The position numbers and the translations under genes were made by a program. The notes beneath the pieces were generated by a model. The model ran no database searches. It saw only the letters and a program-made list of their open reading frames with translations, and was not told where the DNA came from. 64,000 bases of DNA from NCBI RefSeq assembly GCF_041886205.1, contig NZ_CP169029.1; one strand, given 5' to 3'. Below, piece after piece: positions 1 through 11,912 of this stretch. Within the stretch, counting starts at the first letter, position 1; every line of letters begins with the position of its first letter. The DNA comes from Escherichia coli. Its GTDB lineage: Bacteria; Pseudomonadota; Gammaproteobacteria; Enterobacterales; Enterobacteriaceae.

Positions 1-132
1 CCGGCAGAGATGCCCGTTGGCGGCTACAAACACTCCGGCATTGGTCGCGAGAACGGCGTGATGACGCTCCAGAGTTACACCCAGGTGAAGTCCATCCAGG
101 TTGAGATGGCTAAATTCCAGTCCATATTCTAA
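1..132 (+). CDS. betB: Betaine aldehyde dehydrogenase, 3' end (5' end lies outside window)
   Basis: Frame 1 from position 1 translates ...[43 protein letters not shown] with stop TAA at 130-132; typical aldehyde dehydrogenase C-terminus; immediately upstream of betA as in the bet operon. Confidence 0.85.
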
Positions 133-145
133 CCAGGAGGTTTAT

Positions 146-1816
146 TTGCAATTTGACTACATCATTATTGGTGCCGGCTCAGCCGGCAACGTTCTCGCTA
201 CCCGTCTGACTGAAGATCCGAATACCTCCGTCCTGCTGCTTGAAGCGGGCGGCCCGGACTATCGCTTTGACTTCCGCACCCAGATGCCCGCAGCGCTGGC
301 GTTCCCACTACAGGGCAAACGCTACAACTGGGCCTATGAAACAGAGCCTGAACCGTTTATGAATAACCGCCGCATGGAGTGCGGACGCGGTAAAGGCCTG
401 GGTGGATCGTCGCTGATCAACGGCATGTGCTACATCCGTGGCAATGCGCTGGATCTCGATAACTGGGCGCAAGAACCCGGTCTGGAGAACTGGAGTTATC
501 TCGACTGCCTGCCCTACTACCGCAAGGCCGAGACTCGCGATGTGGGCGAGAACGACTACCACGGTGGCGATGGCCCGGTGAGCGTCACTACCTCCAAACC
601 CGGCGTCAATCCGCTGTTTGAAGCGATGATTGAAGCGGGCGTGCAGGCGGGCTACCCGCGCACGGACGATCTCAACGGTTATCAGCAGGAAGGTTTTGGT
701 CCGATGGATCGCACCGTCACGCCGCAGGGCCGTCGCGCCAGTACCGCGCGCGGTTATCTCGATCAGGCCAAATCGCGCCCTAACCTGACCATTCGTACTC
801 ACGCTATGACCGATCACATCATTTTTGACGGCAAACGCGCGGTGGGCGTCGAATGGCTGGAAGGCGACAGCACCATCCCAACCCGCGCAACGGCCAACAA
901 AGAAGTGCTGTTATGTGCAGGCGCGATTGCCTCACCGCAGATCCTGCAACGCTCCGGCGTCGGCAACGCTGAACTGCTGGCGGAGTTTGATATTCCGCTG
1001 GTGCATGAATTACCCGGCGTCGGCGAAAATCTTCAGGATCACCTGGAGATGTACCTGCAATATGAGTGCAAAGAACCGGTTTCCCTCTACCCTGCCCTGC
1101 AGTGGTGGAATCAGCCGAAAATCGGTGCGGAGTGGCTGTTTGGCGGCACCGGCGTTGGTGCCAGCAACCACTTTGAAGCAGGCGGATTTATTCGCAGCCG
1201 AGAGGAATTTGCGTGGCCGAATATTCAGTACCATTTCCTGCCAGTAGCGATTAACTATAACGGCTCGAATGCAGTGAAAGAGCACGGTTTCCAGTGCCAC
1301 GTCGGCTCAATGCGCTCGCCAAGCCGTGGGCATGTGCGGATTAAATCCCGCGACCCGCACCAGCATCCGGCGATTCTGTTTAACTACATGTCGCATGAGC
1401 AGGACTGGCAGGAGTTCCGCGACGCAATTCGCATCACCCGCGAGATCATGCATCAACCCGCGCTGGATCAGTATCGTGGCCGCGAAATCAGCCCCGGCAC
1501 GGAATGTCAGACGGATGAACAGCTCGATGAGTTCGTGCGTAATCACGCCGAAACCGCCTTCCATCCGTGCGGTACCTGCAAAATGGGTTACGACGAGATG
1601 TCCGTGGTTGACGGCGAAGGCCGCGTACACGGGTTAGAAGGCCTGCGTGTGGTGGATGCGTCGATTATGCCGCAGATTATCACCGGGAATTTGAACGCCA
1701 CGACAATTATGATTGGCGAGAAAATAGCGGATATGATTCGTGGACAGGAAGCGCTGCCGAGGAGCACGGCGGGATATTTTGTGGCAAATGGGATGCCGGT
1801 GAGAGCGAAAAAATGA
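146..1816 (+). CDS. betA: Choline dehydrogenase (GMC oxidoreductase, FAD-binding)
   Basis: TTG start at 146 preceded by AGGAGG at 135-140; product begins [15 protein letters not shown] (Rossmann GxGxxG) and is 556 aa; the track ORF 101..1816 includes upstream read-through. Confidence 0.93.
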   Translation: MQFDYIIIGAGSAGNVLATRLTEDPNTSVLLLEAGGPDYRFDFRTQMPAALAFPLQGKRYNWAYETEPEPFMNNRRMECGRGKGLGGSSLINGMCYIRGNALDLDNWAQEPGLENWSYLDCLPYYRKAETRDVGENDYHGGDGPVSVTTSKPGVNPLFEAMIEAGVQAGYPRTDDLNGYQQEGFGPMDRTVTPQGRRASTARGYLDQAKSRPNLTIRTHAMTDHIIFDGKRAVGVEWLEGDSTIPTRATANKEVLLCAGAIASPQILQRSGVGNAELLAEFDIPLVHELPGVGENLQDHLEMYLQYECKEPVSLYPALQWWNQPKIGAEWLFGGTGVGASNHFEAGGFIRSREEFAWPNIQYHFLPVAINYNGSNAVKEHGFQCHVGSMRSPSRGHVRIKSRDPHQHPAILFNYMSHEQDWQEFRDAIRITREIMHQPALDQYRGREISPGTECQTDEQLDEFVRNHAETAFHPCGTCKMGYDEMSVVDGEGRVHGLEGLRVVDASIMPQIITGNLNATTIMIGEKIADMIRGQEALPRSTAGYFVANGMPVRAKK

Positions 1817-2544
1817 GTCGTGATTTGAACTGACGCAAGTCCCTGCAAAGTTAAGCGTTACCGTCTTGAGATAGGTATACAAAGTCTCATACTTCTCTCT
1901 CAACAATCCGAAATAATCGGGTACCCGCGTTTACCGGATCAGGAAGGCATATACTATCCGGTCTGCGCTTTCTACTGCAATATTTCTAAAAGTTGCGCAA
2001 CACGCGGCAGGATAGTGCTTTTACGCAAAGAAGCACTTTCTGCCGCCCGGGAAATGCGCGCGTGCTATACGCCGTTTTACCTGAGATATGACAGAGTAAA
2101 GCCCTGTTAAAATACTCTTGTCGTCTCAGGTATAATAAGTGATTAATATCAATCATATATTTTTACAGCAAGACAACCACGTACAAACTCAGGATTAATA
2201 TGTTTTACCGATTCCCCAACATAACCCAAATCAAGCGAACTAATTTGTGCCATTTCTTTCTCTGTCAATGAGAAATCGATTTTTGATGGGCATCTGCAAT
2301 ACTCTGAAGCAGACTATAAGGAAAATTCTACTGCCCCCCTCCATTCCGCATGAACAATGAGTCTACGTTAAAACGTAACCTCAAATTAGTATGTGGATTT
2401 TGATATCACTTATGCAAAAAATTCATTAATAATGTAGGACTGAAACCTCTCTATTTTCGGGGACAACGAAGCAGACGCTACCAGTGCTTTTGCCTTCGGC
2501 CTTGCTGTTTTTGATACACTTAGGGCCCAGGGCATAACGAAAAT

Positions 2545-3189
2545 GTGCGATATGACGAAGAATTAATGGAGAATGTGATGATCAGGCAGAAGATTCTACA
2601 GCAGCTCCTGGAGTGGATTGAGTGCAATCTTGAGCACCCTATTTCAATCGAAGATATCGCACAGAAATCTGGCTACAGCAGACGCAACATCCAGCTTCTG
2701 TTCCGAAATTTCATGCATGTGCCTTTGGGAGAATACATTCGCAAACGAAGGCTTTGTCGTGCCGCCATTCTTGTCCGGCTCACCGCAAAATCTATGCTTG
2801 ATATTGCACTCTTTTTGCATTTTGATTCACAGCAGTCATTCAGCCGCGAATTTAAAAAGTTATTCGGCTGCTCTCCCCGTGAATACCGCCACCGTGATTA
2901 TTGGGATCTCGCAAATATCTTCCCTTCTTTTTTAATACGTCAACAGCAAAAGACGGAGTGTAGATTAGTCAACTTTCCTGAGACACCTATTTTTGGCAAT
3001 TCATTTAAATATGATATTGAAGTGTCGAATAAATCACCGGATGAAGAAGTCAAACTGCGACGTCATCATTTAGCCAGATGTATGAATAATTTTAAGACGG
3101 ATATCTATTTCGTCTCCACGTTTGAACCGTCAACAAAATCGGTCGATTTGCTCACGGTTGAAACTTTTGCCGGTACGGTATGCAGGTGA
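2545..3189 (+). CDS. AraC/XylS-family transcriptional regulator, 3'-truncated by IS1 (stop codon supplied by the IS1 left end)
   Basis: N-terminal HTH region (IEDIAQKSGYSRRNIQLLFRNF...SQQSFSREFKKLFGCSPREYR); the ORF ends at TGA 3187-3189, which lies inside the IS1 terminal sequence GGTGATGCTGCC starting at 3185. Possibly the ykgA-type regulator; not confirmed. Confidence 0.7.
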   Translation: MRYDEELMENVMIRQKILQQLLEWIECNLEHPISIEDIAQKSGYSRRNIQLLFRNFMHVPLGEYIRKRRLCRAAILVRLTAKSMLDIALFLHFDSQQSFSREFKKLFGCSPREYRHRDYWDLANIFPSFLIRQQQKTECRLVNFPETPIFGNSFKYDIEVSNKSPDEEVKLRRHHLARCMNNFKTDIYFVSTFEPSTKSVDLLTVETFAGTVCR

Positions 3190-3239
3190 TGCTGCCAACT
3201 TACTGATTTAGTGTATGATGGTGTTTTTGAGGTGCTCCA

Positions 3240-3515
3240 GTGGCTTCTGTTTCTATCAGCTGTCCCTCCTGTTCAGCTACTGACGGGGTGGTGCGTAACG
3301 GCAAAAGCACCGCCGGACATCAGCGCTATCTCTGCTCTCACTGCCGTAAAACATGGCAACTGCAGTTCACTTACACCGCTTCTCAACCCGGTACGCACCA
3401 GAAAATCATTGATATGGCCATGAATGGCGTTGGATGCCGGGCAACCGCCCGCATTATGGGCGTTGGCCTCAACACGATTTTCCGCCATTTAAAAAACTCA
3501 GGCCGCAGTCGGTAA
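3240..3515 (+). CDS. insA: IS1 InsA (transposition regulator/DNA-binding)
   Basis: 91 aa [43 protein letters not shown]... matches IS1 InsA. Confidence 0.92.
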   Translation: MASVSISCPSCSATDGVVRNGKSTAGHQRYLCSHCRKTWQLQFTYTASQPGTHQKIIDMAMNGVGCRATARIMGVGLNTIFRHLKNSGRSR

Positions 3516-3937
3516 CCTCGCGCATACAGCCGGGCAGTGACGTCATCGTCTGCGCGGAAATGGACGAACAGTGGGGCTATGTCGGGGCTAAATCGCGCCA
3601 GCGCTGGCTGTTTTACGCGTATGACAGGCTCCGGAAGACGGTTGTTGCGCACGTATTCGGTGAACGCACTATGGCGACGCTGGGGCGTCTTATGAGCCTG
3701 CTGTCACCCTTTGACGTGGTGATATGGATGACGGATGGCTGGCCGCTGTATGAATCCCGCCTGAAGGGAAAGCTGCACGTAATCAGCAAGCGATATACGC
3801 AGCGAATTGAGCGGCATAACCTGAATCTGAGACAGCACCTGGCACGGCTGGGACGGAAGTCGCTGTCGTTCTCAAAATCGGTGGAGCTGCATGACAAAGT
3901 CATCGGGCATTATCTGAACATAAAACACTATCAATAA
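3434..3937 (+). CDS. insB: IS1 InsB (transposase catalytic part, normally expressed as InsAB' by frameshifting)
   Basis: 167 aa ORF overlapping the insA 3' end in another frame; sequence ...[21 protein letters not shown]...MTDGWPLYE... typical of InsB. Confidence 0.88.
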   Translation: MPGNRPHYGRWPQHDFPPFKKLRPQSVTSRIQPGSDVIVCAEMDEQWGYVGAKSRQRWLFYAYDRLRKTVVAHVFGERTMATLGRLMSLLSPFDVVIWMTDGWPLYESRLKGKLHVISKRYTQRIERHNLNLRQHLARLGRKSLSFSKSVELHDKVIGHYLNIKHYQ

Positions 3938-4004
3938 GTTGGAGTCATTACCAACGATCAAATTCAAACCAGCATGAAACTTTATTAAGCGTATAACCCC
4001 ATCT

Positions 4005-4256
4005 TTATTGGCTATCTGGAGAGATTTTATGAACATATTCCAATTTCCCCTTTGGATTTAATTCAACTATTCCTGCTAGGTATAACCAGTCAAGAGATAA
4101 AACAAAAATTGATATAGACATTTCAATTTTTTTCTTTGTTTCGTAAAAAAGATCTATCAATTCAATTTCATCGAAACGTTTCAGCGTATCTATAATAAAC
4201 CCACCGTTATAATATAAGCTATCTTTAGGATGAATGTCCTTTGGTAACAACATCAT
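4005..4256 (-). CDS. Hypothetical small protein, 83 aa, overlapping the 3' end of the 326-aa gene (likely same operon)
   Basis: ORF start overlaps the upstream gene's stop by ~32 bp; same strand; same AT-rich composition; ends 53 bp from the IS1 right end. Confidence 0.45.
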   Translation of the reverse strand: MMLLPKDIHPKDSLYYNGGFIIDTLKRFDEIELIDLFYETKKKIEMSISIFVLSLDWLYLAGIVELNPKGKLEYVHKISPDSQ

Positions 4257-5205
4257 TCACTCCGTTAGGGTCCCTAAAAATTTTACAGCGTATGAACGCG
4301 TCCACTGCAAGTATACTAACACAAAGCTCCAGTTCCTCTAATGGTATTTGTGTAAAATTTGCACTTTTTCTGACCATTTCAACAGAGCTGTCAATTATTT
4401 TAAAAAATAACTCATCTCCAGTGTATTGTGTACTCAATTTTACGAAGATAGTTCTAAAGGAAGACAAAACTGAAAGGCTTGAGTTTTTACCCATCTGGTT
4501 GAACTCTGAATAAATGCGGGATACTTTTCCATGATGGATTTTGTAATCTTCAATAATATATTCAGCTGCATTCAAATTATTAAATGTAATCTTGTCAGTT
4601 ACATCGAATGGTTGCGGGAAGTCAGTAGTTTCAACATTAGAAAAATCCTCCTTAGCTAATATATTTATAACAGCAGCAATATTTGTTTCGATTAAAACAT
4701 TATCAGATTCCTCTTGTAACTCATTTTTTAGAAAACCGTGTATTTCTTTCTGTTTTGTTATGTCAAGATGTGAAATAACATTAAGTATCGATTTTACATC
4801 ATGAATATCTTGCTGCGGTATAAAAACCAAAGCATGAGGATTAGTGTAAGTTTTATTTCTTAAATCACTAGCATCTTTTGCAATTGATATAAATTTAAAC
4901 TGATGGCCTTTATATAATCTTAAGTCTTTGTTCAAGGCTGAATCAATTTTTGTTTTAGTTGCAGTTGATGAAACCTGTAATACTATCTTCCCATTCTCAT
5001 CGATAAGATCGATACCCTCAAAATTATGCTTCTCTTGATTAGTATTCTTTAGGGAATACCCAAATAATAAATTAAAGAAGTGAACATAAAAATCTTCACA
5101 ATGAAGATTATAGTTAAGAATATTTAACTTCCCTCTTAATTCAACGCTATAGCATAGCAACGTAAGCCTTTTCTCACATAAATCAAAATAAATAGATCTG
5201 TTCAC
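4225..5205 (-). CDS. Hypothetical protein, 326 aa, AT-rich accessory gene (possible phage-defence/abortive-infection-type effector; unverified)
   Basis: Long uninterrupted ORF in a visibly AT-rich block between IS1 and tRNA-Thr; no family recognised with confidence from sequence alone. Confidence 0.6.
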   Translation of the reverse strand: MNRSIYFDLCEKRLTLLCYSVELRGKLNILNYNLHCEDFYVHFFNLLFGYSLKNTNQEKHNFEGIDLIDENGKIVLQVSSTATKTKIDSALNKDLRLYKGHQFKFISIAKDASDLRNKTYTNPHALVFIPQQDIHDVKSILNVISHLDITKQKEIHGFLKNELQEESDNVLIETNIAAVINILAKEDFSNVETTDFPQPFDVTDKITFNNLNAAEYIIEDYKIHHGKVSRIYSEFNQMGKNSSLSVLSSFRTIFVKLSTQYTGDELFFKIIDSSVEMVRKSANFTQIPLEELELCVSILAVDAFIRCKIFRDPNGVNDVVTKGHSS

Positions 5206-5458
5206 ACATATTATCCTTAAACTATAAACTAATCCGATATTATGAACTTAGGTAAAGTAGAAAAACTCTTCACAGATCTTACAGCATCTACGAGCTGGTT
5301 CAAGGTATGTTGAGATGGATTGAGATGTGTAGCGTATCTTCTCATTCCAAAAAGAAACCTGCCACAATTTTGCCACACTCACAACGCGCAAAAATGCACA
5401 TTTGTGTTAAGAAAAGCAAAACAACGCAACAGTAACCAGATGATTTTATTAGAAAAAA

Positions 5459-5534
5459 TGGTGCCGATAATAGGAGTCGAACCTACGACCTTCGCATTAC
5501 GAATGCGCTGCTCTACCAACTGAGCTATATCGGC
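5459..5534 (-). tRNA. thrW: tRNA-Thr
   Basis: Reverse complement reads GCCGATATAGCTCAGTTGGTAGAGCAGCGCATTCGTAATGCGAAGGTCGTAGGTTCGACTCCTATTATCGGCACCA (cloverleaf, CGU anticodon context, 3' CCA); located next to proA as expected for thrW. Confidence 0.9.
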
Positions 5535-5648
5535 CCTGAAAGGACATGTTCACGAACGTGAATCACGGTGGACAAGGTTAAAACTAACCGGGCGATGCGT
5601 CAATGGCCTTGTGAATCAAATGGCTACTTTTGCATCACCCGGTTTTAT

Positions 5649-6902
5649 TTACGCACGAATGGTGTAATCACCAATGCCGATCCACTTGTAAGTGGTCAGT
5701 GCTTCCAGCCCCATTGGGCCACGCGCGTGGAGTTTTTGTGTGCTTACCGCCACTTCCGCACCCAGTCCAAACTGGCCGCCGTCGGTAAAACGCGTAGAGG
5801 CGTTAACATAAACAGCGGACGAATCCACTTCGTTAACAAAACGCTGGGCGTTGCGCATATCGCGGGTCAGGATCGCATCGGAGTGTTGTGTGCCGTGTTC
5901 ACGAATATGGGCGATGGCATCGTCAAGATCGCTGACGATTTTGACGTTCAAATCTAATGACAGAAACTCATCGTCATACTCTTCGGCTTTAACAGCAACC
6001 ACCTTCGCAGGGCCTGCCTGCAACTGCGCCAGTGCAGCTGCATCAGCGTGTAACGTCACGCCACTTTCCGCCATTTGTTTGCTTAATGCGGGCAGGAAGC
6101 TATCGGCGATATTTTTATTCACCAGCAACGTTTCTACCGTATTACACGTGCTCGGACGCTGAGTTTTCGCGTTGACGATTACTTTCAGGGCTTCAGCGAT
6201 CTCTGCACTTTCATCAACATAAATATGGCATACGCCTATACCACCAGTGATCACCGGGATTGTCGACTGCTCGCGGCACAGTTTATGCAAACCAGCTCCA
6301 CCACGCGGGATCAGCATGTCGATGTATTTATCCATACGCAGCATTTCACTGACCAGCGCACGGTCAGGATTATCAATCGCCTGCACGGCACCCGCCGGTA
6401 AGCCACAGGATTTCAGGGCGTCCTGAATCACCGCCACCGTTGCCGCGTTAGTGCGACAGGTTTCTTTGCCACCACGCAGGATCACCACGTTACCGGTTTT
6501 CAGGCACAGGGAAGCGACATCAACCGTCACATTCGGACGCGCTTCATAAATCACGCCAATCACCCCCAGCGGCACGCGACGGCGCTCCAGACGCAGGCCA
6601 CTGTCCAGTACGCCGCCATCGATTACCTGCCCCACCGGATCGGCGAGGTTGCACACCTGACGTACATCGTCGGCAATGCCTTTCAGCCGTGCGGGCGTCA
6701 GTGCCAGACGGTCAAGCATCGCTTCGCTAAGGCCATTGGCTCGCGCGTCAGCAACATCCTGGGCGTTAGCGTTGAGGATGATTTCGCTTTGTGCTTCCAG
6801 TTCATCGGCGATTTTTTCCAGCACGCGATTTTTTTCGCGGCTGGAGAGTTGCGCTAATTTATACGAGGCTTGCTTCGCGGCAATGCCCATTTGTTCCAGC
6901 AT
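5649..6902 (-). CDS. proA: Gamma-glutamyl phosphate reductase
   Basis: 417 aa [37 protein letters not shown]...; full-length aldehyde-dehydrogenase fold; directly downstream of proB. Confidence 0.95.
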   Translation of the reverse strand: MLEQMGIAAKQASYKLAQLSSREKNRVLEKIADELEAQSEIILNANAQDVADARANGLSEAMLDRLALTPARLKGIADDVRQVCNLADPVGQVIDGGVLDSGLRLERRRVPLGVIGVIYEARPNVTVDVASLCLKTGNVVILRGGKETCRTNAATVAVIQDALKSCGLPAGAVQAIDNPDRALVSEMLRMDKYIDMLIPRGGAGLHKLCREQSTIPVITGGIGVCHIYVDESAEIAEALKVIVNAKTQRPSTCNTVETLLVNKNIADSFLPALSKQMAESGVTLHADAAALAQLQAGPAKVVAVKAEEYDDEFLSLDLNVKIVSDLDDAIAHIREHGTQHSDAILTRDMRNAQRFVNEVDSSAVYVNASTRFTDGGQFGLGAEVAVSTQKLHARGPMGLEALTTYKWIGIGDYTIRA

Positions 6903-6913
6903 CAGCCTGCTCC

Positions 6914-8017
6914 TTAACGGGTAATCATGTCATCACGGTGAACGGCAACCGGGCCGTATTCATATCCCAGTATTGCATCAATTTCTTGCGAGTGGTGTCC
7001 GGCAATACGGCGTAATGCATCGCTGTTGTAACGACTGACGCCGTGGGCGATATCGCGGCCTTCGAGGTTGCAAATGCGGATGACTTCACCACGCGAGAAA
7101 TTGCCAGTCACGCTTTTAATGCCTTTCGGCAACAGGGAGCTGCCGCGTTCAAGAATGGCGGCGGTTGCCCCTTCATCTACCGTGATTTCACCCGCAGGCG
7201 GCGCACCGAAAATCCAGCGTTTACGGTTTTCAAGCGGAGTCGCCTGGGCATGGAACAGCGTACCGACGGAAATGCCTTCCATCACATCACCAATGACGCC
7301 CGGCTTGCTGCCCGCGGCAATAATGGTGTCGATACCCGCACGGCAAGCCACGTCCGCGGCCTGCAATTTGGTACTCATGCCGCCAGTTCCGAGGCCTGAA
7401 ACGCTGTCACCGGCAATCGCGCGCAGTGCGTCATCAATGCCGTAAACATCTTTAATCAGTTCTGCCTGCGGATTGCTGCGCGGATCAGCGGTGTACAAAC
7501 CTTTTTGATCGGTCAGCAGCAACAGTTTATCGGCACCCGCCAGAATCGCCGCCAGCGCAGAAAGGTTATCGTTATCACCGACCTTAATCTCTGCCGTAGC
7601 GACAGCATCGTTCTCATTGATTACCGGAACGATATTGTTATCGAGCAACGCACGCAGGGTGTCGCGGGCGTTCAGGAAGCGTTCACGGTCTTCCATATCA
7701 GCACGAGTCAGCAGCATTTGCCCGACGTGAATGCCATAAATCGAAAACAGCTGTTCCCACAGTTGAATCAGTCGACTCTGCCCTACCGCCGCCAGCAGTT
7801 GTTTCGAGGCGATAGTCGCTGGCAGTTCCGGGTAACCCAGGTGCTCACGTCCGGCGGCGATCGCGCCCGACGTCACAATAACAATCCGATGCCCGGCGGC
7901 ATGTAACTGCGCGCACTGGCGAACAAGTTCAACGATATGGGCACGGTTCAGACGGCGCGATCCGCCTGTTAGCACACTGGTGCCGAGTTTTACCACCAGC
8001 GTCTGGCTGTCACTCAT
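6914..8017 (-). CDS. proB: Glutamate 5-kinase
   Basis: Product begins [19 protein letters not shown] (internal Met of track ORF 6914..8104); amino-acid kinase domain plus C-terminal PUA-like region; 367 aa. Confidence 0.95.
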
Positions 8018-8205
8018 GATTCTCTGCCATTCAATTTTAGGAAAAATGATATCAAACGAACGTTTTAGCAGGACTGTCGTCGGTTGCCAACCATCTGCGA
8101 GCAAAGCATGGCGTTTTGTTGCGCGGGATCAGCAAGCGTAGCGGCAGTTGTTTACGCTTTCATTACAGATTTAATAAATTACCACATTTTAAGAATATTA
8201 TTAAT

Positions 8206-8232
8206 CTGTAATATATCTTTAACAATCTCAGG
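8206..8232 (+). promoter_or_regulatory. Putative PhoB-binding site (Pho box) in the phoE promoter
   Basis: CTGTAATATATCTTTAACAATCTCAGG about 75-100 bp upstream of the phoE start; CTGTAAT/CTTTAAC-type repeats resemble Pho boxes. Call by resemblance only. Confidence 0.4.
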
Positions 8233-8304
8233 TTAAAAACTTTCCTGTTTTCAACGGGACTCCCCCGCTGAATATTCGCGCGTTAATTAAAATCAGGAAT
8301 GAAG

Positions 8305-9360
8305 ATGAAAAAGAGCACTCTGGCATTAGTGGTGATGGGCATTGTGGCATCTGCATCCGTACAGGCCGCAGAAATATATAACAAAGACGGTAATAAACTG
8401 GATGTCTATGGCAAAGTTAAAGCCATGCATTATATGAGTGATAACGACAGTAAAGATGGCGACCAGAGTTATATCCGTTTTGGTTTTAAAGGCGAAACAC
8501 AAATTAACGATCAACTGACTGGTTATGGTCGTTGGGAAGCAGAGTTTGCCGGTAATAAAGCAGAGAGTGATACTGCACAGCAAAAAACGCGTCTCGCTTT
8601 TGCCGGGTTGAAATATAAAGATTTGGGTTCTTTCGACTATGGCCGTAACCTGGGCGCGTTGTATGACGTGGAAGCCTGGACCGATATGTTCCCGGAATTT
8701 GGTGGCGACTCCTCGGCGCAGACCGACAACTTTATGACCAAACGCGCCAGCGGTCTGGCGACGTATCGGAACACCGACTTCTTCGGCGTTATCGATGGCC
8801 TGAACTTAACCCTGCAATATCAAGGGAAAAACGAAAACCGCGACGTTAAAAAGCAAAACGGCGATGGCTTCGGCACGTCATTGACATATGACTTTGGCGG
8901 CAGCGATTTCGCCATTAGTGGGGCCTATACCAACTCAGATCGCACCAACGAGCAGAACCTGCAAAGCCGTGGCACAGGCAAGCGTGCAGAAGCATGGGCT
9001 ACAGGTCTGAAATACGATGCCAATAATATTTATCTGGCAACTTTTTATTCTGAAACACGCAAAATGACGCCAATAACTGGCGGCTTTGCCAATAAGACAC
9101 AGAACTTTGAAGCGGTCGCTCAATACCAGTTTGACTTTGGTCTGCGTCCATCGCTGGGTTATGTCTTATCGAAAGGGAAAGATATTGAAGGTATCGGTGA
9201 TGAAGATCTGGTCAATTATATCGATGTCGGGGCTACATATTATTTCAACAAAAATATGTCAGCGTTTGTTGATTATAAAATCAACCAACTGGATAGCGAT
9301 AACAAATTGAATATTAATAATGATGATATTGTCGCGGTTGGCATGACCTATCAGTTTTAA
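8305..9360 (+). CDS. phoE: Phosphate-starvation-inducible outer membrane porin PhoE
   Basis: [21 protein letters not shown] signal peptide followed by [16 protein letters not shown]... and C-terminal ...GMTYQF (terminal Phe typical of OMP beta-barrels); 351 aa. Confidence 0.95.
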   Translation: MKKSTLALVVMGIVASASVQAAEIYNKDGNKLDVYGKVKAMHYMSDNDSKDGDQSYIRFGFKGETQINDQLTGYGRWEAEFAGNKAESDTAQQKTRLAFAGLKYKDLGSFDYGRNLGALYDVEAWTDMFPEFGGDSSAQTDNFMTKRASGLATYRNTDFFGVIDGLNLTLQYQGKNENRDVKKQNGDGFGTSLTYDFGGSDFAISGAYTNSDRTNEQNLQSRGTGKRAEAWATGLKYDANNIYLATFYSETRKMTPITGGFANKTQNFEAVAQYQFDFGLRPSLGYVLSKGKDIEGIGDEDLVNYIDVGATYYFNKNMSAFVDYKINQLDSDNKLNINNDDIVAVGMTYQF

Positions 9361-9368
9361 TGATTATT

Positions 9369-9390
9369 GCCGGATGTGATGCATCCGGCA
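9369..9390. terminator. Putative bidirectional rho-independent terminator between convergent phoE and crl
   Basis: Inverted repeat GCCGGATG-tgat-gCATCCGGC immediately after the phoE stop. Confidence 0.5.
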
Positions 9391-9398
9391 CATTTCAC

Positions 9399-9857
<459 letters not shown>

Positions 9858-11102
9858 TTAACACAAACGTTTTTCGATCCATTCTGTGATTTCCTGAAGA
9901 CCTTTGTCAAAATTCCGATACACCGGGTTAAATGGGATCTCTAATAATTTACCGTCAGCAGATGATGAGGTGATTAAGCGTGAGTCCTCTTCCGGGCTGA
10001 ACGGATCGTTCTTCCAGTAGCCTGATAACATTGGCGTTGGGCAGCGACGTCCCAGCAATCCTTGCACTTTTAATGAATAGCGATTCAGCTCCACGCGCAA
10101 CGCTTCGTCGGAAGCATCATGCATCCCCAAACGACTGGCCAGAACGTCAAGATACATTTCCGGCACCTGTTGCTGGCACTTAAAATCACTCAACAGGGTA
10201 TGAACTACCGGACCAAGACAGGCAACCGCTTTCAGACGCGGCGATTCAAGATATGCCAGACGCACGGCAACGTTAGCGCCGAAACGGAAACCAAAGGCCG
10301 CGACGCGAGTGTGATCCACCCACGGTACGTTAGGCAGAGCCTTTAAGACGTGCTGATGCAACAGGCTGGAGTCCTGGGTGAGCTTCCATTTTGAAGAAAA
10401 GCCCACCGACGGCATATCAATAGTCAGCATCGCAATGCCACGCGGCGCAAAATAACGTTCATACAGGCTGTAATAGTCCGTCTGCATCGCATCCAGACCA
10501 CCACACATTAATACCGTCGGGAACGGGCCATCGCCTTTCGGCATATGCAAAAAGCCGGTGATGGGCGCACCGCCGGGTACGGTAAACTCCATCTGCCGCA
10601 TCGTGCCCGGTAGACGCTGAGCGGCCTCTTCATAGGCGCGGTTTGACAAAGCCTGCGCTTGCTCGGCCAGGTCATCTCCTTTCAGATGAGGATAGGCGGC
10701 AATGTTGTACAACGTAGCCGCATGCAGCCAGTGACGCCCACTGAGTTGCGGATCTTCTTCCGCACAGGCTTTTTGTTGCCACACCATCGCCTGGGTGGCC
10801 CACTCATAAATCCAGTTGCCGCCACGGTAGCCAATCACCGTATCGTATAAATCATCGTCGGTACGTTCGGCATCGCTCATCACAATACGTGCCTGGACGT
10901 CGAGGATTTCACGTGGGTCAATGCCGCGCCAGATCCACATCAGACGGTTAATCATGCGATACCAGTGAGGGATGGTTTTACCATCAAGGGCCGACTGCAC
11001 AGGCGGTTGTGCGCCGTGATTAAAGCGGCGGACTAGCGTCGAGGTTTCAGGATGTTTAAAGCGGGGTTTGAACAGGGTTTCGCTCAGGTTTGCCTGTGTC
11101 AT
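9858..11102 (-). CDS. frsA: Esterase FrsA (alpha/beta hydrolase; fermentation/respiration switch protein)
   Basis: 414 aa [27 protein letters not shown]...; alpha/beta-hydrolase core; position between crl and gpt. Confidence 0.9.
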   Translation of the reverse strand: MTQANLSETLFKPRFKHPETSTLVRRFNHGAQPPVQSALDGKTIPHWYRMINRLMWIWRGIDPREILDVQARIVMSDAERTDDDLYDTVIGYRGGNWIYEWATQAMVWQQKACAEEDPQLSGRHWLHAATLYNIAAYPHLKGDDLAEQAQALSNRAYEEAAQRLPGTMRQMEFTVPGGAPITGFLHMPKGDGPFPTVLMCGGLDAMQTDYYSLYERYFAPRGIAMLTIDMPSVGFSSKWKLTQDSSLLHQHVLKALPNVPWVDHTRVAAFGFRFGANVAVRLAYLESPRLKAVACLGPVVHTLLSDFKCQQQVPEMYLDVLASRLGMHDASDEALRVELNRYSLKVQGLLGRRCPTPMLSGYWKNDPFSPEEDSRLITSSSADGKLLEIPFNPVYRNFDKGLQEITEWIEKRLC

Positions 11103-11193
11103 GGATGCAGCCTCCAGAATACTTACTGGAAACTATTGTAACCCGCCTGAAGTTAAAAAGAACAACGCCCGGCAGTGCCAGGCGTTGAAAAGA

Positions 11194-11652
11194 TTAGCGA
11201 CCGGAGATTGGCGGGACGAATACGACACCCATATCCCACGGCTGTTCAATCCAGGTATCTTGCGGGATATCAACAACATAGTCATCAACCAGCGGACGAC
11301 CAGCCGGTTTTGCAAAGATGGTGACAAAGTGCGCTTTTGGATACATTTCACGAATCGCAACCGCAGTACCACCGGTATCCACCAGGTCATCAATAACGAT
11401 GAAGCCTTCGCCATCGCCTTCTGCGCGTTTCAGCACTTTAAGCTCGCGCTGGTTGTCGTGATCGTAGCTGGAAATACAAACGGTATCGACATGACGAATA
11501 CCCAGTTCACGCGCCAGTAACGCACCCGGTACCAGACCGCCACGGCTTACGGCAATAATGCCTTTCCATTGTTCAGAAGGCATCAGTCGGCTTGCGAGTT
11601 TACGTGCATGGATCTGCAACATGTCCCAGGTGACGATGTATTTTTCGCTCAT
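11194..11652 (-). CDS. gpt: Xanthine-guanine phosphoribosyltransferase
   Basis: 152 aa [39 protein letters not shown]...[20 protein letters not shown] (PRPP-binding motif). Confidence 0.95.
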
Positions 11653-11912
11653 GTGAAGTGTCCCAGCCTGTTTATCTACGGCTTAAAAAGTGTTCGAGGG
11701 GAAAATAGGTTGCGCGAGATTATAGAGATCTGGCGCACTAAAAACCAGTATTTCACATGAGTCCGCGTCTTTTTACGCACTGCCTCTCCCTGACGCGGGA
11801 TAAAGTGGTATTCTCAAACATATCTCGCAAGCATGTCTTGTGTTGACAACATTTTCTGCTAACCCTGTGACCTGCAATACTGTTTTGCGGGTGATCGACA
11901 AGGAGACTTAAC

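Larger units (their letters stand above)
3185..3952 (+). mobile_element. IS1 insertion sequence (768 bp)
   Basis: Starts GGTGATGCTGCCAACTTACTGATTTAGTG and ends ...AGTTGGAGTCATTACC; encodes InsA and InsB in the canonical arrangement; no matching direct repeat was seen in the immediate flanks. Confidence 0.95.

Noticed and set aside
308-1906. Several 60-170 aa ORFs on the opposite strand or in alternative frames inside betA (for example 308..817, 1010..1300, 1307..1630)
   Set aside because: They lie wholly within the well-supported betA frame, have no start context and show no family signatures; typical spurious ORFs in GC-rich coding sequence.
1817-2544. 728-bp AT-rich non-coding gap between betA and the AraC-family gene; considered a small RNA or missing gene
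   Set aside because: No convincing ORF, terminator-promoter pair or structured repeat recognised; more likely an ordinary AT-rich regulatory or intergenic region of the acquired regulator gene.
3273-3903. Minus-strand ORFs within IS1 (3273..3488, 3383..3652, 3613..3903)
   Set aside because: Antisense to insA/insB within a well-characterised element; no evidence they are genes.
5206-5458. Looked for a phage-type integrase or attachment-site repeat next to thrW
   Set aside because: No integrase-like ORF is present between thrW and IS1, and I could not identify a duplicated tRNA 3' segment by eye; the island appears truncated by IS1, so it cannot be called a prophage.
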